A stretch of 64,000 nt of DNA. It comes from Chrysomallon squamiferum (Eukaryota; Animalia; Mollusca). The notes beneath the pieces were generated by a model. That model was not told the origin of the DNA, ran no database searches, and saw only the letters and a list, made by a program, of their open reading frames with translations. The translations under genes and the position numbers were made by a program. The stretch lies in assembly GCA_012295275.1 (NCBI GenBank), contig CM022672.1, positions 34,596,001 through 34,660,000 of the forward strand. The letters run 5' to 3'. Shown here one piece after another: positions 37,988 to 50,792 of this stretch; within the stretch, counting starts at the first letter, position 1; each line of letters opens with the position of its first letter.

Positions 37988-39469
37988 TGATGTTGTTGTT
38001 GATACTGGTGGTGGGGGTGATGGTACATTGTTGAGAGAATTAGACAAATCAAACACCAGGAAGATGTTACGTTTCAATGAACAAGAATACACGTTTCAGA
38101 ACAGCGATCTCAATATAAATAATCAGTATAAATAGATGGGATTGTGTTACTGTTGTTCTTCTTATTATTGTTCTCCAAATAGAAACAATTTCAACAAAAA
38201 CAATAATAAAACTTAATTAATAATGTTTTAAACATGCTAAGCATTAATAACATAATGTTCTCAAGTTCATTAGCTCTTAATTTCCTTTTTAATTGTTTTG
38301 TGTGTTCTTTCATGCAAATCTGTTATTTATTATTACAGTGTATTCAAAACTATGAAATATGTTTCTATTTATTATTTTGATTGTGTTTTCTCCATTGTTG
38401 TTGTTTTTGTATTTTGTTTGGTTGTATTATATTTGGTTTGCTTGTTTCTGACAGATTCTTTTTGTCGTTGTTTTTCCTTTTCTCTTTTTTTTCTCTGTCT
38501 CTCTCTCTCTTCCTTTCTGTCTTTTTTCTTTCTCCTTCTCTTTCTTCTTCTCTTTCTCTCTCTCACACATTCAGTCGTTATCTCTGATCTCTACATTTCT
38601 GTCTGTTAAAACAAAACATTAAACATACATATACACAAACACTTTTACTAAAACACAAACCATTCTGTCTTCTTTTGTTCTCTGTGACGGATGTTAAAGT
38701 AATCGTTACTTTTACAAGGTGGAACAAGGTTTCATAATTTCACTTCATTGTTCATTATTACTGTAATACTGGCTGCTGTTTGATATTTTATTTTCTAGCT
38801 TGTTATTTGATTTTAGAATCAGGACTATCGTTTACTTCATTTCTCATTATTCCAACTGAGACATCAGTTGTAATAAACAGCAGACTTTACCTTTCATTCT
38901 TCTTCTTCTTAATTTCAATTTTATTAAGTTAGGAAGCGTTTAAAAAGTGATTAAAAAACGTGGTATGTGAAAGATATTCAAACATATCTTTTTGTTATAA
39001 CAGCAGTATCTATATAAGATTATCTCTATATAACTTTGTTAACTGATATATTACTATTTATTCATTCATTCAATAATATGCGATATTTTTCAGTAAACGT
39101 AGCTCGGGATAAAAATGCATATCAAAATTCTTATTTGGCGGGTTATGAAAATCATGCTTCAAGAGGCGTTGATGGAAAAACCAGAGGAACGTGGCGTGGA
39201 ATTATATACACAGATACAAACCAGCCTTACACTTGGTGGGAATTAGATTTAGGAAAACCTTACTTTATCCATGAAGTTAAAATATATTTCAGAAATGACT
39301 GTAAGTATGAATATTAAAATATGAATATACACTATTAATCATAACAAATAATTTTGTTTGTTAATTTTAACTTTTATGTTAGGGAAATGGTCGTCAATGT
39401 ATCATTCTGTTTCCTTTTGTCTTTGTTGTTGCATGTTACATATTATTCCTCTTTTTTTTTACACAGCAT

Positions 39470-39508
<39 letters not shown>

Positions 39509-40527
39509 TGTATTTACTTTTTTATATTTATTTATTTGTGTTTGTTTGTTTGTTTTCTGTGGACTTCCTTGAATGCTGTATTTTTCATTTCATTATTTTC
39601 GTTGCTTTGACTGATAGTAGTTCTAGTTCTCGTATTGATTCAAATTTCTAAATACATTATTACACACACAATTGTATCTAATTTAGTTAAATGGAGAAGA
39701 AATGGTGTACAGGTTTATGCTAACACAGCAGCAAGACAGTCTAACACAGGACATCTGTGTGGTACTGTTACTGGTAGAAAAGATGGAGCTGATATTGATG
39801 AAATTGTGAACATCAATTGTAACGTCAACGCTAGATATGTGACTGTTTATCAAGGAACAGATAATGGAGAGTCGACAGCACTGGACTTTGTAGAAGTGGA
39901 AGTCTTCGGTAATTCAACACAAAGTTGATATTTGTCATTTCTAATAATTACTACTATATTGATTATTGAAATTTAAAAAACTGTTGTATTTAATAATACA
40001 ATTGAAATCAAACAAGGAACAAATAATAATCTAACTTACGACAATGTTGAGATGGTTTGTAGAAGTTCACCATATATTATTTATATTTTTATTTCTAATT
40101 TGAATTTTTTCTGAAATGATTATTGTGCTTTATTAAATATCTTTTATATATTTGAATTTTGGGGATTTATGTTATTTGCTTTAAAATTCCATTTATGTCA
40201 AATGATAAGGATTTTTCATTATGACAGAGTTAAAATAAACACTGGACAGTACTTAGACATATTTCAGTAGGATGTTTCTTTATTGTTAGTAGATATTTTC
40301 TTAATTATTCCCTAAGCTGACTGTGTAACAAATAGGAAGAAGAGCTAATTTTTGCATGCTAGGTAGAAGGTGTATAATTAGCATTTCATTCAGCCATGAC
40401 TTATGTTGCTATACTTTGGATGTGTATCAAATTGGAGGATACCTCCAAAAACATAGTTTTAAAAAAAGTACTTAATACTAAATTTCGACCTTAACACACG
40501 TGTACTAATATATTTCTTTACTTTTCC

Positions 40528-40591
<64 letters not shown>

Positions 40592-41508
40592 TGTTGTTGT
40601 TGCCTATTCATAATTTGGTTTAATTTATTAATGCGTTTGTTATATACTGTATATTTCTTCTCTTCCAAATATATATAATCGCACTGTATTTTTAAATACG
40701 TGTTTATATTTTTCAGCGTGTCAAACAGGATTTTACGGTTCTGAGTGTAACAAACTGTGTAACAGTCGTCATTGTCAGTCTGATTCGTGTCCTGCTGACA
40801 CAGGTTCTTGTAATGGAGGATGTCAGGCTGGATGGAGTGGAGTTGATTGTACAGGTAACTAAATCATAAGTACAGAGTGAGAATTTATAGAAAGAGGTTT
40901 TCTAACTAGTAACTGATTCTTTTCGAAACAACTGGAGAGCGATTAATTCAGCTGTACAGGCACAATATCCAAACAATTACAATGTAGCTCAAGCGATAAA
41001 GAAAGAACAAATGACTGAACTGTTGCTAAGTTTTGCACTGTGGGAACTGTTGTAGTGTGAACAAAGGACACAGTGGTAGAAGGAGAAGTGTTGGTTCAAG
41101 TAAGAAAACAGTCAACTGTGCTCGGTCAGAGAAAATCCATGATGTGTGGAAACTAACACTGACTGTTCAACGTCTCCTAACAGTTCACTTGCATCTCCTG
41201 TCACTGAAAAATTAAGTAGCAGAATGAACTGACATCCCAACATTAAACAGTAATTTGTAGGTGATTTTCGAAAAACTGGATAGAGATGATTAATATTTTG
41301 TGAAGCACATCTTCCTCTGAAAATTAACCCAAATATCTTTCTTAACTGGGGATGAGACAATGCAGAGAATCCAGATAATGAACTCATAGACCAATACCCG
41401 ACTCAACTTTACAGTGTAGCAGTTAGTAATTGGACGTTGAGGAGTTTACTATGTGGTTTGAAAAGAAACTATTAATCCTTTTAGGTGTTTTTTAAAATTA
41501 TTATTATA

Positions 41509-41574
<66 letters not shown>

Positions 41575-44500
41575 ATTGCTATTGTTGTTTTATAATGCGT
41601 AGCAAATAGAGAGATAAACGAAGAAACGTAGTTAGAAAAAACAAATGAGTTACTTGTTTATTTTATTTATGTTTTAGTTATGTGTCAGTCAGGTACAACT
41701 TATGGTACTAACTGTAACAAACTGTGTAGAGATCGTCACTGTTTGAATTCTCAACAAAGCTGTCCTACATACACTGGATCATGTAATGGACACTGCAAAC
41801 CAGGCTGGGATGGAATAGATTGTACAGGTAATTAAACATTTTACTATCTTTGCACAAATAACCCAACTATTTACGGAATAACATTTATTAGTAAGTTTGC
41901 TATAGAAAATAATAATTCCACTTGATTTTATATATATATATATAGAACATAGAAAATAAAAAGTATCAATTAATTCCAGTTGATTGTATTGAAACATATA
42001 TATATATATAATTATCTCAAAATTAATATTTGCATCTATCACTTTTTATTATTTGTTCTGATCTTCATCTGTTATTATAATAAGGAATCAAGTGATTCTA
42101 AGTATTTGTGATGGTATGAGTAAATATAAGAAAATTCAAATGAAGGAGGAAATTAAATGGCATTTCATAATATTGTTTCATATTACACATATGGTTAAAG
42201 ATCAAATGATAATAAAGAAGAAAATACATGCTATGACCGAACAACCTGTTTTATATTTTAAAAAGAGTTATTCACATATCTTCATTACTCTTATTTTGCT
42301 TACTTTATTTATGTTTTAGTTATGTGTCAGTCAGGTACAACTTACGGTACTAACTGTAACAAACTGTGTAGAGATCGTCACTGTTTGAATTCTCAACAAA
42401 GCTGTCCTACAGACACTGGATCATGTAGTGCACACTGCAAACCAGGCTGGGATGGAATAGATTGTACAGGTAATTAAACAGTTTAGCAAAAGTCATATAA
42501 CAAAAGAAAAGTATATTTAAAAAAAAAGAAATAAAAAACAGCATTTAAATGTCTATGTAATTCTAATTTGAGCTGGCCGCCTCCTTTCGGGAGGGAATGA
42601 GAAGCGAGATAAAAACACAGAAATGTACAGTGAATTTATGCTAAGATGAAAATATCTGAACAGATTCAGTCCATAATTTATGTTTTTCTTATAATTATTA
42701 TTCCTTCTGTGTCATGTTTCGGAGCAAATTCTTTCTAAATTTGAGTAAAACACATACGACATTTTATTTATAGTTTTACAAAAGCTAATTCAGATGTACG
42801 TATCAAATTATGTGTTAGTATGTTTGAAAAAAACGTTTGTAAGAACAGCCAGTGACACTGTGTGTGTATATATAAATATAAATGTGTATTAAATATATCT
42901 GACTATTTTGTCTTGTTATTCTGTACATCATTTCGAGCGTTGATCAAAAAGTCAATTAACTGATGGTTGGGAAATCTATATTTTTCACTGATACATCTTA
43001 CTTTTATTATTTTTTATTATATAATCAATGTGATACGTTATAAGTTTGAATAGTTCAAGTCCAGAATGTAAACACAACACATTTTTATCTAAAATGATAT
43101 AAATATTATGCGACTTGTGAATAATATTCTCTGCAATGTCAGTTATTTTAAACACTTCTGTTTTTGTTATTGTTGTTTTCTCTGTTTTATTGATATTTTC
43201 TTATTGTTTATAAAGATAATAAATATTAGTAAAATAAAGTACAGTCGTAATGTAGAATACCACTTTATTTTCTGTCAGCCTTTATTTGTAGTTATTTGTA
43301 TTATTCTAATTTAAAAAAAGAAATAACTACAGAAATATATTTTTGGACTAAAGCCAAATGAATTAATTTATTTATTCGATTTCTTTGATGTTTTCAGTGT
43401 GTCAGTCAGGTACAACTTACGGTACTAACTGTAACAAACTGTGTAAAGATCGTCACTGTTTGAATTCTCAACAAAGCTGTCCTACAGACACTGGATCATG
43501 TAATGGACACTGCAAACCAGGCTGGGATGGAATAGATTGTACAGGTAATTAAATGTTTTAAAGAGAGTGCAAATATGTTTCAGTATGTCAGACTGGTCTG
43601 TATGGTTCTAACTGTGACAAGTCACTGTTTTAAACAGTGTAAATATTTTTCAGTATGTCAGACTGGTGTGTATGGTTCTAGCTGTGACAAGTCAATGTTT
43701 CAAAGAGAGTGTAAATATTTTTCAGTGTGTCAGACTGGTGTGTATGGTTCTAGCTGTGACAAGTCACTGTTTTAAAGAGAGTGTAAATATTGTTCAGTGT
43801 GTCAGACTGGTGTGTATGGTTCTAACTGTGACAAGTCATGTAATAAACGACACTGTGCTGTTTCCTCTCCCTGTGACACACAGACTGGGTCTTGTACTGG
43901 AGGATGTCAAGCTGGTTGGCGTGGAACTGATTGTACTCAAGGTGTGTACAGATTTGTTTTTTATTTGTCAGGCTTTTCTGAAATATTTATTGATTAGCAC
44001 TGTAAAATATTTTAATGCAGCAGTATTCTACTAAAGAAAATACAAATAATTGTTTTCATTGTGGCTTTATCGTACTATTTTGTTTTTTCAGGATGTATAC
44101 AAAATTACAACTATGGACCAAACTGTAATAAACGTTGCAGAGATCGCCATTGTGCTGCAACAAATCCGTCCTGTGATGTAAAAACTGGAGACTGTGGTAG
44201 TAGCAGATGTCAGGCAGGATGGAAAGGAACTGACTGTATTCAAGGTAATATTATAATTAATGTTCTATCTATTTATTTAAAAACAAAAATTGGACTGATG
44301 TAATTAATGAATGTAAATTTACCAACACATAAACAAAATGAAAAGTATGATATCTGGTATAAAGAACATGTTGTAATCTAGTAATAATCTTCAGAGATGA
44401 ATTTGTTTAATTTAACTCTTCAGTCAGTAATCTTTGATTCTGCTTCGTTTTAATATGTTTAACTGAAACTGGGATACCTTGTTGTAGTTTTAGCAGTGTG

Positions 44501-45200
44501 TAGTCGGGGGGGATAAGTTACTTTACTTATACATATCTTAGGAAAATCGATATTTCAGAATAATACTACTTTTATTATTGTTAATAGTTGTAGGTCTATA
44601 AGATGATTGTCTAAGTATCAAAAAATGAATTTCAGTTTGTAAAAACTTCGAACAAAAAATTATCAGTTATTTTAATACTCACTTTGTGTAAGTATTATTC
44701 CTGTCTCGGCATGTACATACTCCCTATCTTATGGTTAATTCAACGTGTGATTCAAACATTCGAACATGTATCGGAGATTGTGAGCCAGTCTTGTAGATTA
44801 ATAACTAATAAGTTGTTTTTAATTAATTATCTTTTCATAGATAAGTAAAAATCCAGAAGACCATACAAAAGCAATGTTTCATATCCCATTCTGTAACGGC
44901 TTTGTTAAAGCTGATTTGTTTCTCAACCAGCTTTCTAAACATTTTAAATTCAGCTTGCAGTCTTGGACGCTATGGTAGGAACTGTAACTCTACGTGTGGA
45001 AAGTGTAAATCAGGAGAATGTGACAGGGTTTCTGGAAACTGCACACAAGGTTGTTCTGATGGTTATGAAGGAATTCTGTGTCAGCAGCGTTAGTAATTTA
45101 AAATATTCGTGTCAGACTTGAATTCACTGCAAATGTATTTATTATCGTATATTGTGGTCTCTAATAACTTTTAATCTATGCTATTTTTTTAATTTCTTAA

Positions 45201-45245
<45 letters not shown>

Positions 45246-45408
45246 GTTATTATAATTATCATTATTATTATTGATGTTTCAAGCAGTCTTTAGTTTGGAG
45301 TTCTTGCATGACATAGGTGAACACTAATGTCAAATATGTTAGTAAATTATACTAATGCAGTCAGTGAATGGATATGAGGCAGCACTTCAAAAAAAAAAAA
45401 AAAAAAAA

Positions 45409-45461
<53 letters not shown>

Positions 45462-45694
45462 TAATCAAAGATAAAACATTTTTAATATATTTCTGAAGAA
45501 TAATAAATTGAAATGTAATTATGACCTTCATAAACAGATGAGTAATTGAACTTATTCCGTTTTATTATTTTAACAGAAACTGGGTATATTTGTTCCTGAG
45601 TTGTGGTATTTTTAGAGGGATACTCTCTGTAACTGCCAGTCATATATCCAATATAGTTTAATCTCATTCTGTATTCTTTTAATTTTTTTTCTAT

Positions 45695-45741
<47 letters not shown>

Positions 45742-47371
45742 TAATTTTCTTTTCTTTTAAAGTATTGCATTTTATTGCATATTTTTTTCTTTTATACATC
45801 ACTTGAATCTATGATCACTCAGAAACTACTTCTTTTATTATTTTGTTATAAATCAATTTCAAAATATGAAAGTATGAATTATTATTTCCAGACTGTAAAC
45901 ATTTCTAACAAAAGCTACTGTTTATTTTAGTAGTTTACTTTATGTAATATTCTTCGTACGCCAGCATTTTCGCCATCTGTAGATTATGTTTAGAGTGTTT
46001 CTCAGTATACATCATGTGACAGTATGGAGTCTGTGTTCATAATGGATGCCGACAGTGGCCTGTTACTTCTATTAACTGAATTTCATCCAAGATTATCAAA
46101 TATAAAAATGACATTATAACACAAGATAAATTACCGTAGACTTTGTAAATAATTTGTATGAAATGCTTTTTGTCATTTTTGTAGTTTCTGAAACAACATT
46201 TCAATGTGTTCTATAAAAGTTTCTTTAATGTACTACTTTTCAAAACAACATAGAACGCAAATTATGATATAGTTACCAGTAAAATACTTATAAATAAAAA
46301 TGTATGTGCTAAAGCTTTTGACCGAGACGTATATAATTATTTTATAAATACTTTTAAATTAAAATATATACTGCCAATTTTGTATGTACTCTAAAATATT
46401 CTTCTTTCATATCCTTTTTTAATATTTCAACCCAGTTTTTTTTTCTTTCCTTTACGGTTATTAGTTTTAAGAATAATTTCTTTCCAGGCTCAACCCAAGA
46501 AGCAAAATGTACAGGAACATCAACTACAACGGCTTTGTCAGTCGTCACAGCTGTACTGACTTTGCTTCTCGTAATATCCGTTGTTTTTATTATCAGGTAA
46601 AAAAGCTTATAGATTCTTCAACCACATATAACATAACTAATTATAATATACCAAAATATTTTATTTCAGTTTGAACTTAACGAGTAAGTTTACATTTTTT
46701 GCTCGTGTTTGATAATAAATATAATTCGTATAATGAAATATGTGCATCCACATCTTTATAGCTGATAAAAAATATCTTTATCAAACAATGTATTCACAGA
46801 ATACTAAGCCGAAATATTTTGTATCTCATAATACTTACTATTGTTATTATACTTACTTCTGTATCGTAGCCTATACTATACCTGCGTAAATCGACTGAAA
46901 ATCTACATCTTTAATTTTTATCAACAGCTAAGGTAAGTCTGTATTTCGAGTACTGAGGGGATCTTAATTATCTATGTAAAAGTACCTCTCCATGTGTTAT
47001 ATTTTAATTATATGAAATTTGCTCTTACTAACTTATAATGTAAAGAGAAATACATTTTCACAATGGCTCTGATCATACGAAAACGACCATCCTCTACTGA
47101 ACATTCAGTAACATTTACCAAGAATAACAACAGTCATCCCAGGACAGCAGCTACTCCGTCATCAGTGTACGAAGTATTTGATGAAGACGTCAATATCGTC
47201 ACACCAGCAAATCACAATAACACTCAAACAGTTTCATCAGGTGATGCGGAGACAAGTTATGTAAACACTTCACATCAAGAAGAACTCAATACTCAAGAAA
47301 TACACGATTATGATAAACTAGATATTGATGTTGTTGGACAGGGATCTCCATACGAAAAAATAAAAACGTAA
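37771..47371 (+). CDS. F-type lectin + 7 MEGF-like EGF exons + TM receptor with short Tyr-motif tail, no phosphatase (copy B)
   Basis: Exons 37771-37849 (signal peptide), 39094-39300 and 39687-39908 (F-type lectin: NVA..K.AYQ, ASRGVDG, WWELDLG, RNDFKWRR, RYVTV, EVEVF), EGF exons 40717-40854, 41678-41827, 42320-42469, 43398-43544, 43798-43941, 44092-44244, 44954-45088, TM exon 46488-46596, and a terminal exon ending TAA at 47371. The junctions between the TM exon and the last exon are uncertain. Confidence 0.85.
43554..43838 (+). repeat. Four tandem 70-72-bp copies of a splice acceptor plus EGF exon start
   Basis: Unit tgttttaaagagagtgtaaatatttttcag|tgtgtcagactggtgtgtatggttctagctgtgacaagtcac; the AGs end at 43583, 43653, 43725 and 43797. 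Confidence 0.92.
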
Positions 47372-47446
47372 TATATATATATATATACATACATATAAAT
47401 TTGAACTTGATCTATATATGTATATATCTATATGTGTGTGTATATA

Positions 47447-47508
<62 letters not shown>

Positions 47509-48886
47509 TATATATTATATAGAATATTTAAACACAGTCTGGTTAGAACAGTAAATTATTTATGTATTCATTGTGAATATTTAGTAACACAGTCTCGTTA
47601 GAACAGTAAGTTATTTATATATTAATATCATTATGACAATTCTTTAATACTCAGATATTGTTCATTTTCTTTGTTATAAACAACTGAAGCTGAGCTGAGA
47701 ACAAAAAGTTTTGTAATATTTTAAGTTGCAAACAAACGTAACCAAATATTTGTACAGGAAATTTTGTGAACTTGTGAACAAGTTTCACCGAGTAGTTTGC
47801 GCTGCATGCAACAGTTTAAACGTTACATTCATACAATATCATTTATAAGTGACACAAGATGATATTTCACATATAGTAATGTATACAATAGTATAAACTT
47901 TATAATCGCACAAGAATAAAGATTAATCTAATTGCTATGAGACACAGAATGATGATTCAAGTAGCCTGATCAAGAGTACATTGTACAGATTGACACTAAC
48001 CAGTTAGTAAAGATTTAATCAAACGAAACACAGTAAACTAAAACTATTACTTTGTTTATGTTCATCGCGGCCGCATAGCTGACACAGACCAGTTAGAAGA
48101 ACTCATGAATTTATGTCAAAGATTAATAAACCAACAAGATGTAAATTATTATGATAAACATGAGTTTGTAAATGGTATGTCATTATGAACTAAGTAAAAT
48201 CAGTTCAGAGTGATTTGTTATGGCTGTATTGCGCTTCAAATAATAATCAGTGATGTTATAGTCTTAACAAATACAATTTCAGAATTATTCCCCGTAAAAT
48301 CAAGTACACGACATTACATACATTTATTGACAGACGATTTCAAGTAAAGTAATATTTCTAATACAGACAAGATGGGTATGTGTGTTTAGTTCTCTTCTTT
48401 TAGTTTTAATTAATCAATCATATTAATTATTTATCAGAACCGTTCTTTCATTAAAATATATTTTCTAAGAAGTTAAATTTGTGTATTTGTGCTTAAAGGT
48501 ATGATGTGGACGAGTATGTATGAGTGTGCGTTGTGTATGTCTATATCTATATAAACAGAGAACACATAGACAGTTGTGCGCGCGGTTAAACACACACAGA
48601 GAGACATATACACACAAACATACACACACATATTTATGTATATCCGCATAATGTGAGATGCTGAGAATTTGTAGAAATTTATACAACGTATTTTAAAAAT
48701 TAATTTAAACAACAAAAAAAAAAGCATTCATCATATTACATGAATACATTATCATTCTTTATAAACTTCATCTAATCATAAAAGATATTTGATTTGATTA
48801 AATCTTTAGACTAAAGACTTTAGTAATTAATATGTCAAGTAGTTTAATTTGTCATTTGCATATTCTGTTTATTAGTATATAAAAAC

Positions 48887-49095
48887 ATACGTACATACAT
48901 ACATACATACACATACGTACATACATACACACACATACACATACATACATACATACATACATACATACATACATACATACATACATACATACATACATAC
49001 ATACATACATACATACATACATACATACATACATACATACATACATTCATAAACACATATGCATACACATACATACATATATACATACATACATA
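48887..49095. repeat. (TACA)n microsatellite
   Basis: Tetranucleotide run seen directly. Confidence 0.95.
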
Positions 49096-49098
49096 GAT

Positions 49099-49270
49099 AC
49101 GCGGTAACGTTGTTCGCCTTCGCAGTGTGGGCGGATGGGTGTCATACGTTCGAGTCTCGTCAGCGACATCTGACGTGTTTTGTGAGGTTTTCCTGCGCCA
49201 GTGCGTTCCCGAATATTATCTGTGTGCAGAGTCTTTTCAGACGTACATAAGACTGTATATTCAGTCCTAA
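49099..49270 (+). mobile_element. tRNA-derived SINE remnant
   Basis: GC-rich island with a D-loop-like gcggtaac, the stem ttcgcc...ggcgga and a Pol III B-box GTTCGAGTC at 49148-49156; no complete cloverleaf. Confidence 0.5.
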
Positions 49271-49988
49271 AATATCTACATATGTAGTGATTATGTTGAT
49301 AAAAAGAAATACGTATGAATAGTGACATTGAAATAGGAAGAGATTACTTTTCAATGGGAACACTCCGCCAGCTCGTTTCATACATGTACCCAGTCATGCG
49401 TGTCCTAGTTACGTGTTGTGAATCACATTAAGTGCTGAACTCTTAGCTTGAAACTTTTGTCTCGTTATAGAAGAGTCAACTGATCTGTTTTCACTACACT
49501 CGACCTAGTCCTCTGTTATGTCTGAAAGAAAACTTATTGCAAAGTAAAAGATTATTTATCATTGTGCTGTTTGTTTCATATACCTTGGCGTATTAATAAT
49601 ACGTTTATATTACATTAAATACTTCAATTTTTATTATTATTATTTATTTTATCGCATGAACAGTGACGGCATACCAATAGTTTGCGTCAATCGGTCTAGG
49701 TCAAACAATCCTCATAAATTAAACGATTTCGCATTATGTATCTGTGTAAATACTAGACAGAATGCATATGAAAAGTATTCTTTGTATTGTGACCTAACTT
49801 TTGTACGAGTAAAACCTGTTTTAATTTAATAGAATTGCATTACTCTGTTCAAATCATGTTTGCTATGTAATTTGTACCAGTATATATCAGACTGTGTTTG
49901 CCTGTTCTCACTGGTGAGTCATGAAAACGAGTCTTGTATCAGCTCGCAGTTTTACTTCAGGTTTGTTTGTGTACGAAACATTTTCACT

Positions 49989-50080
49989 ATGGCTGGGTGC
50001 TGGATAAGTCTTCAGTTTCTAGTTTGTTCTTTGATTTTGCAGTCAGGAAAGACGACAGCTGGATATGGTAAGATATACAA

Positions 50081-50111
<31 letters not shown>

Positions 50112-50487
50112 TGTTGTTGTTCTTGATGTTGTTGCTGGTCATGTTGGTGACGGTACATGCTTAAAAGAATTAGACAAATCTGATACCAGGAATCTCTAAC
50201 TGTAATTGTACTTTCCTGTATATGAAGCCTGTCTTCATTTAATTGAAGTAAGGACAGGATTTTAGTTTAAACGCCTGAATGCTGTTAGTAAAATATAAAA
50301 GAAAAATTTTATACAAGCAATAATTACTGTTACTAAGCTGAAAATAAATTATTTTGTTTATTTAATAGCAAAACAGCTGCTATGTTGTCTTCATATCATA
50401 ACCAGACCTGTAATTTAAAAGTGTTTTATAAAGTATACGTCACTTTAGCGTTTTCATTAGAAATGTGGATTTCCTGCACTGATTCCT

Positions 50488-50577
<90 letters not shown>

Positions 50578-50739
50578 TTGTATGTCTGTGTGTATGTAAA
50601 TCTATGACCCGTTCGCTCTATTTCGTGTTTACATAAATATATATTTATTTTTCTGTTCAAACATCCGTGTTCTTTGTTGTACCCAAATTTAAACGCACAG
50701 TTGATGATGATGATGATGATGATTGTGATAATAATAATA

Positions 50740-50792
<53 letters not shown>

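Noticed and set aside
45576-45605. Possible extra exon of receptor B (tttaacag|aaactggg...)
   Set aside because: In the required phase 1 it reaches TGA within a few codons.
49099-49170. Possible tRNA gene
   Set aside because: A B-box is present, but there is no acceptor stem or proper anticodon loop; better explained as a SINE head.
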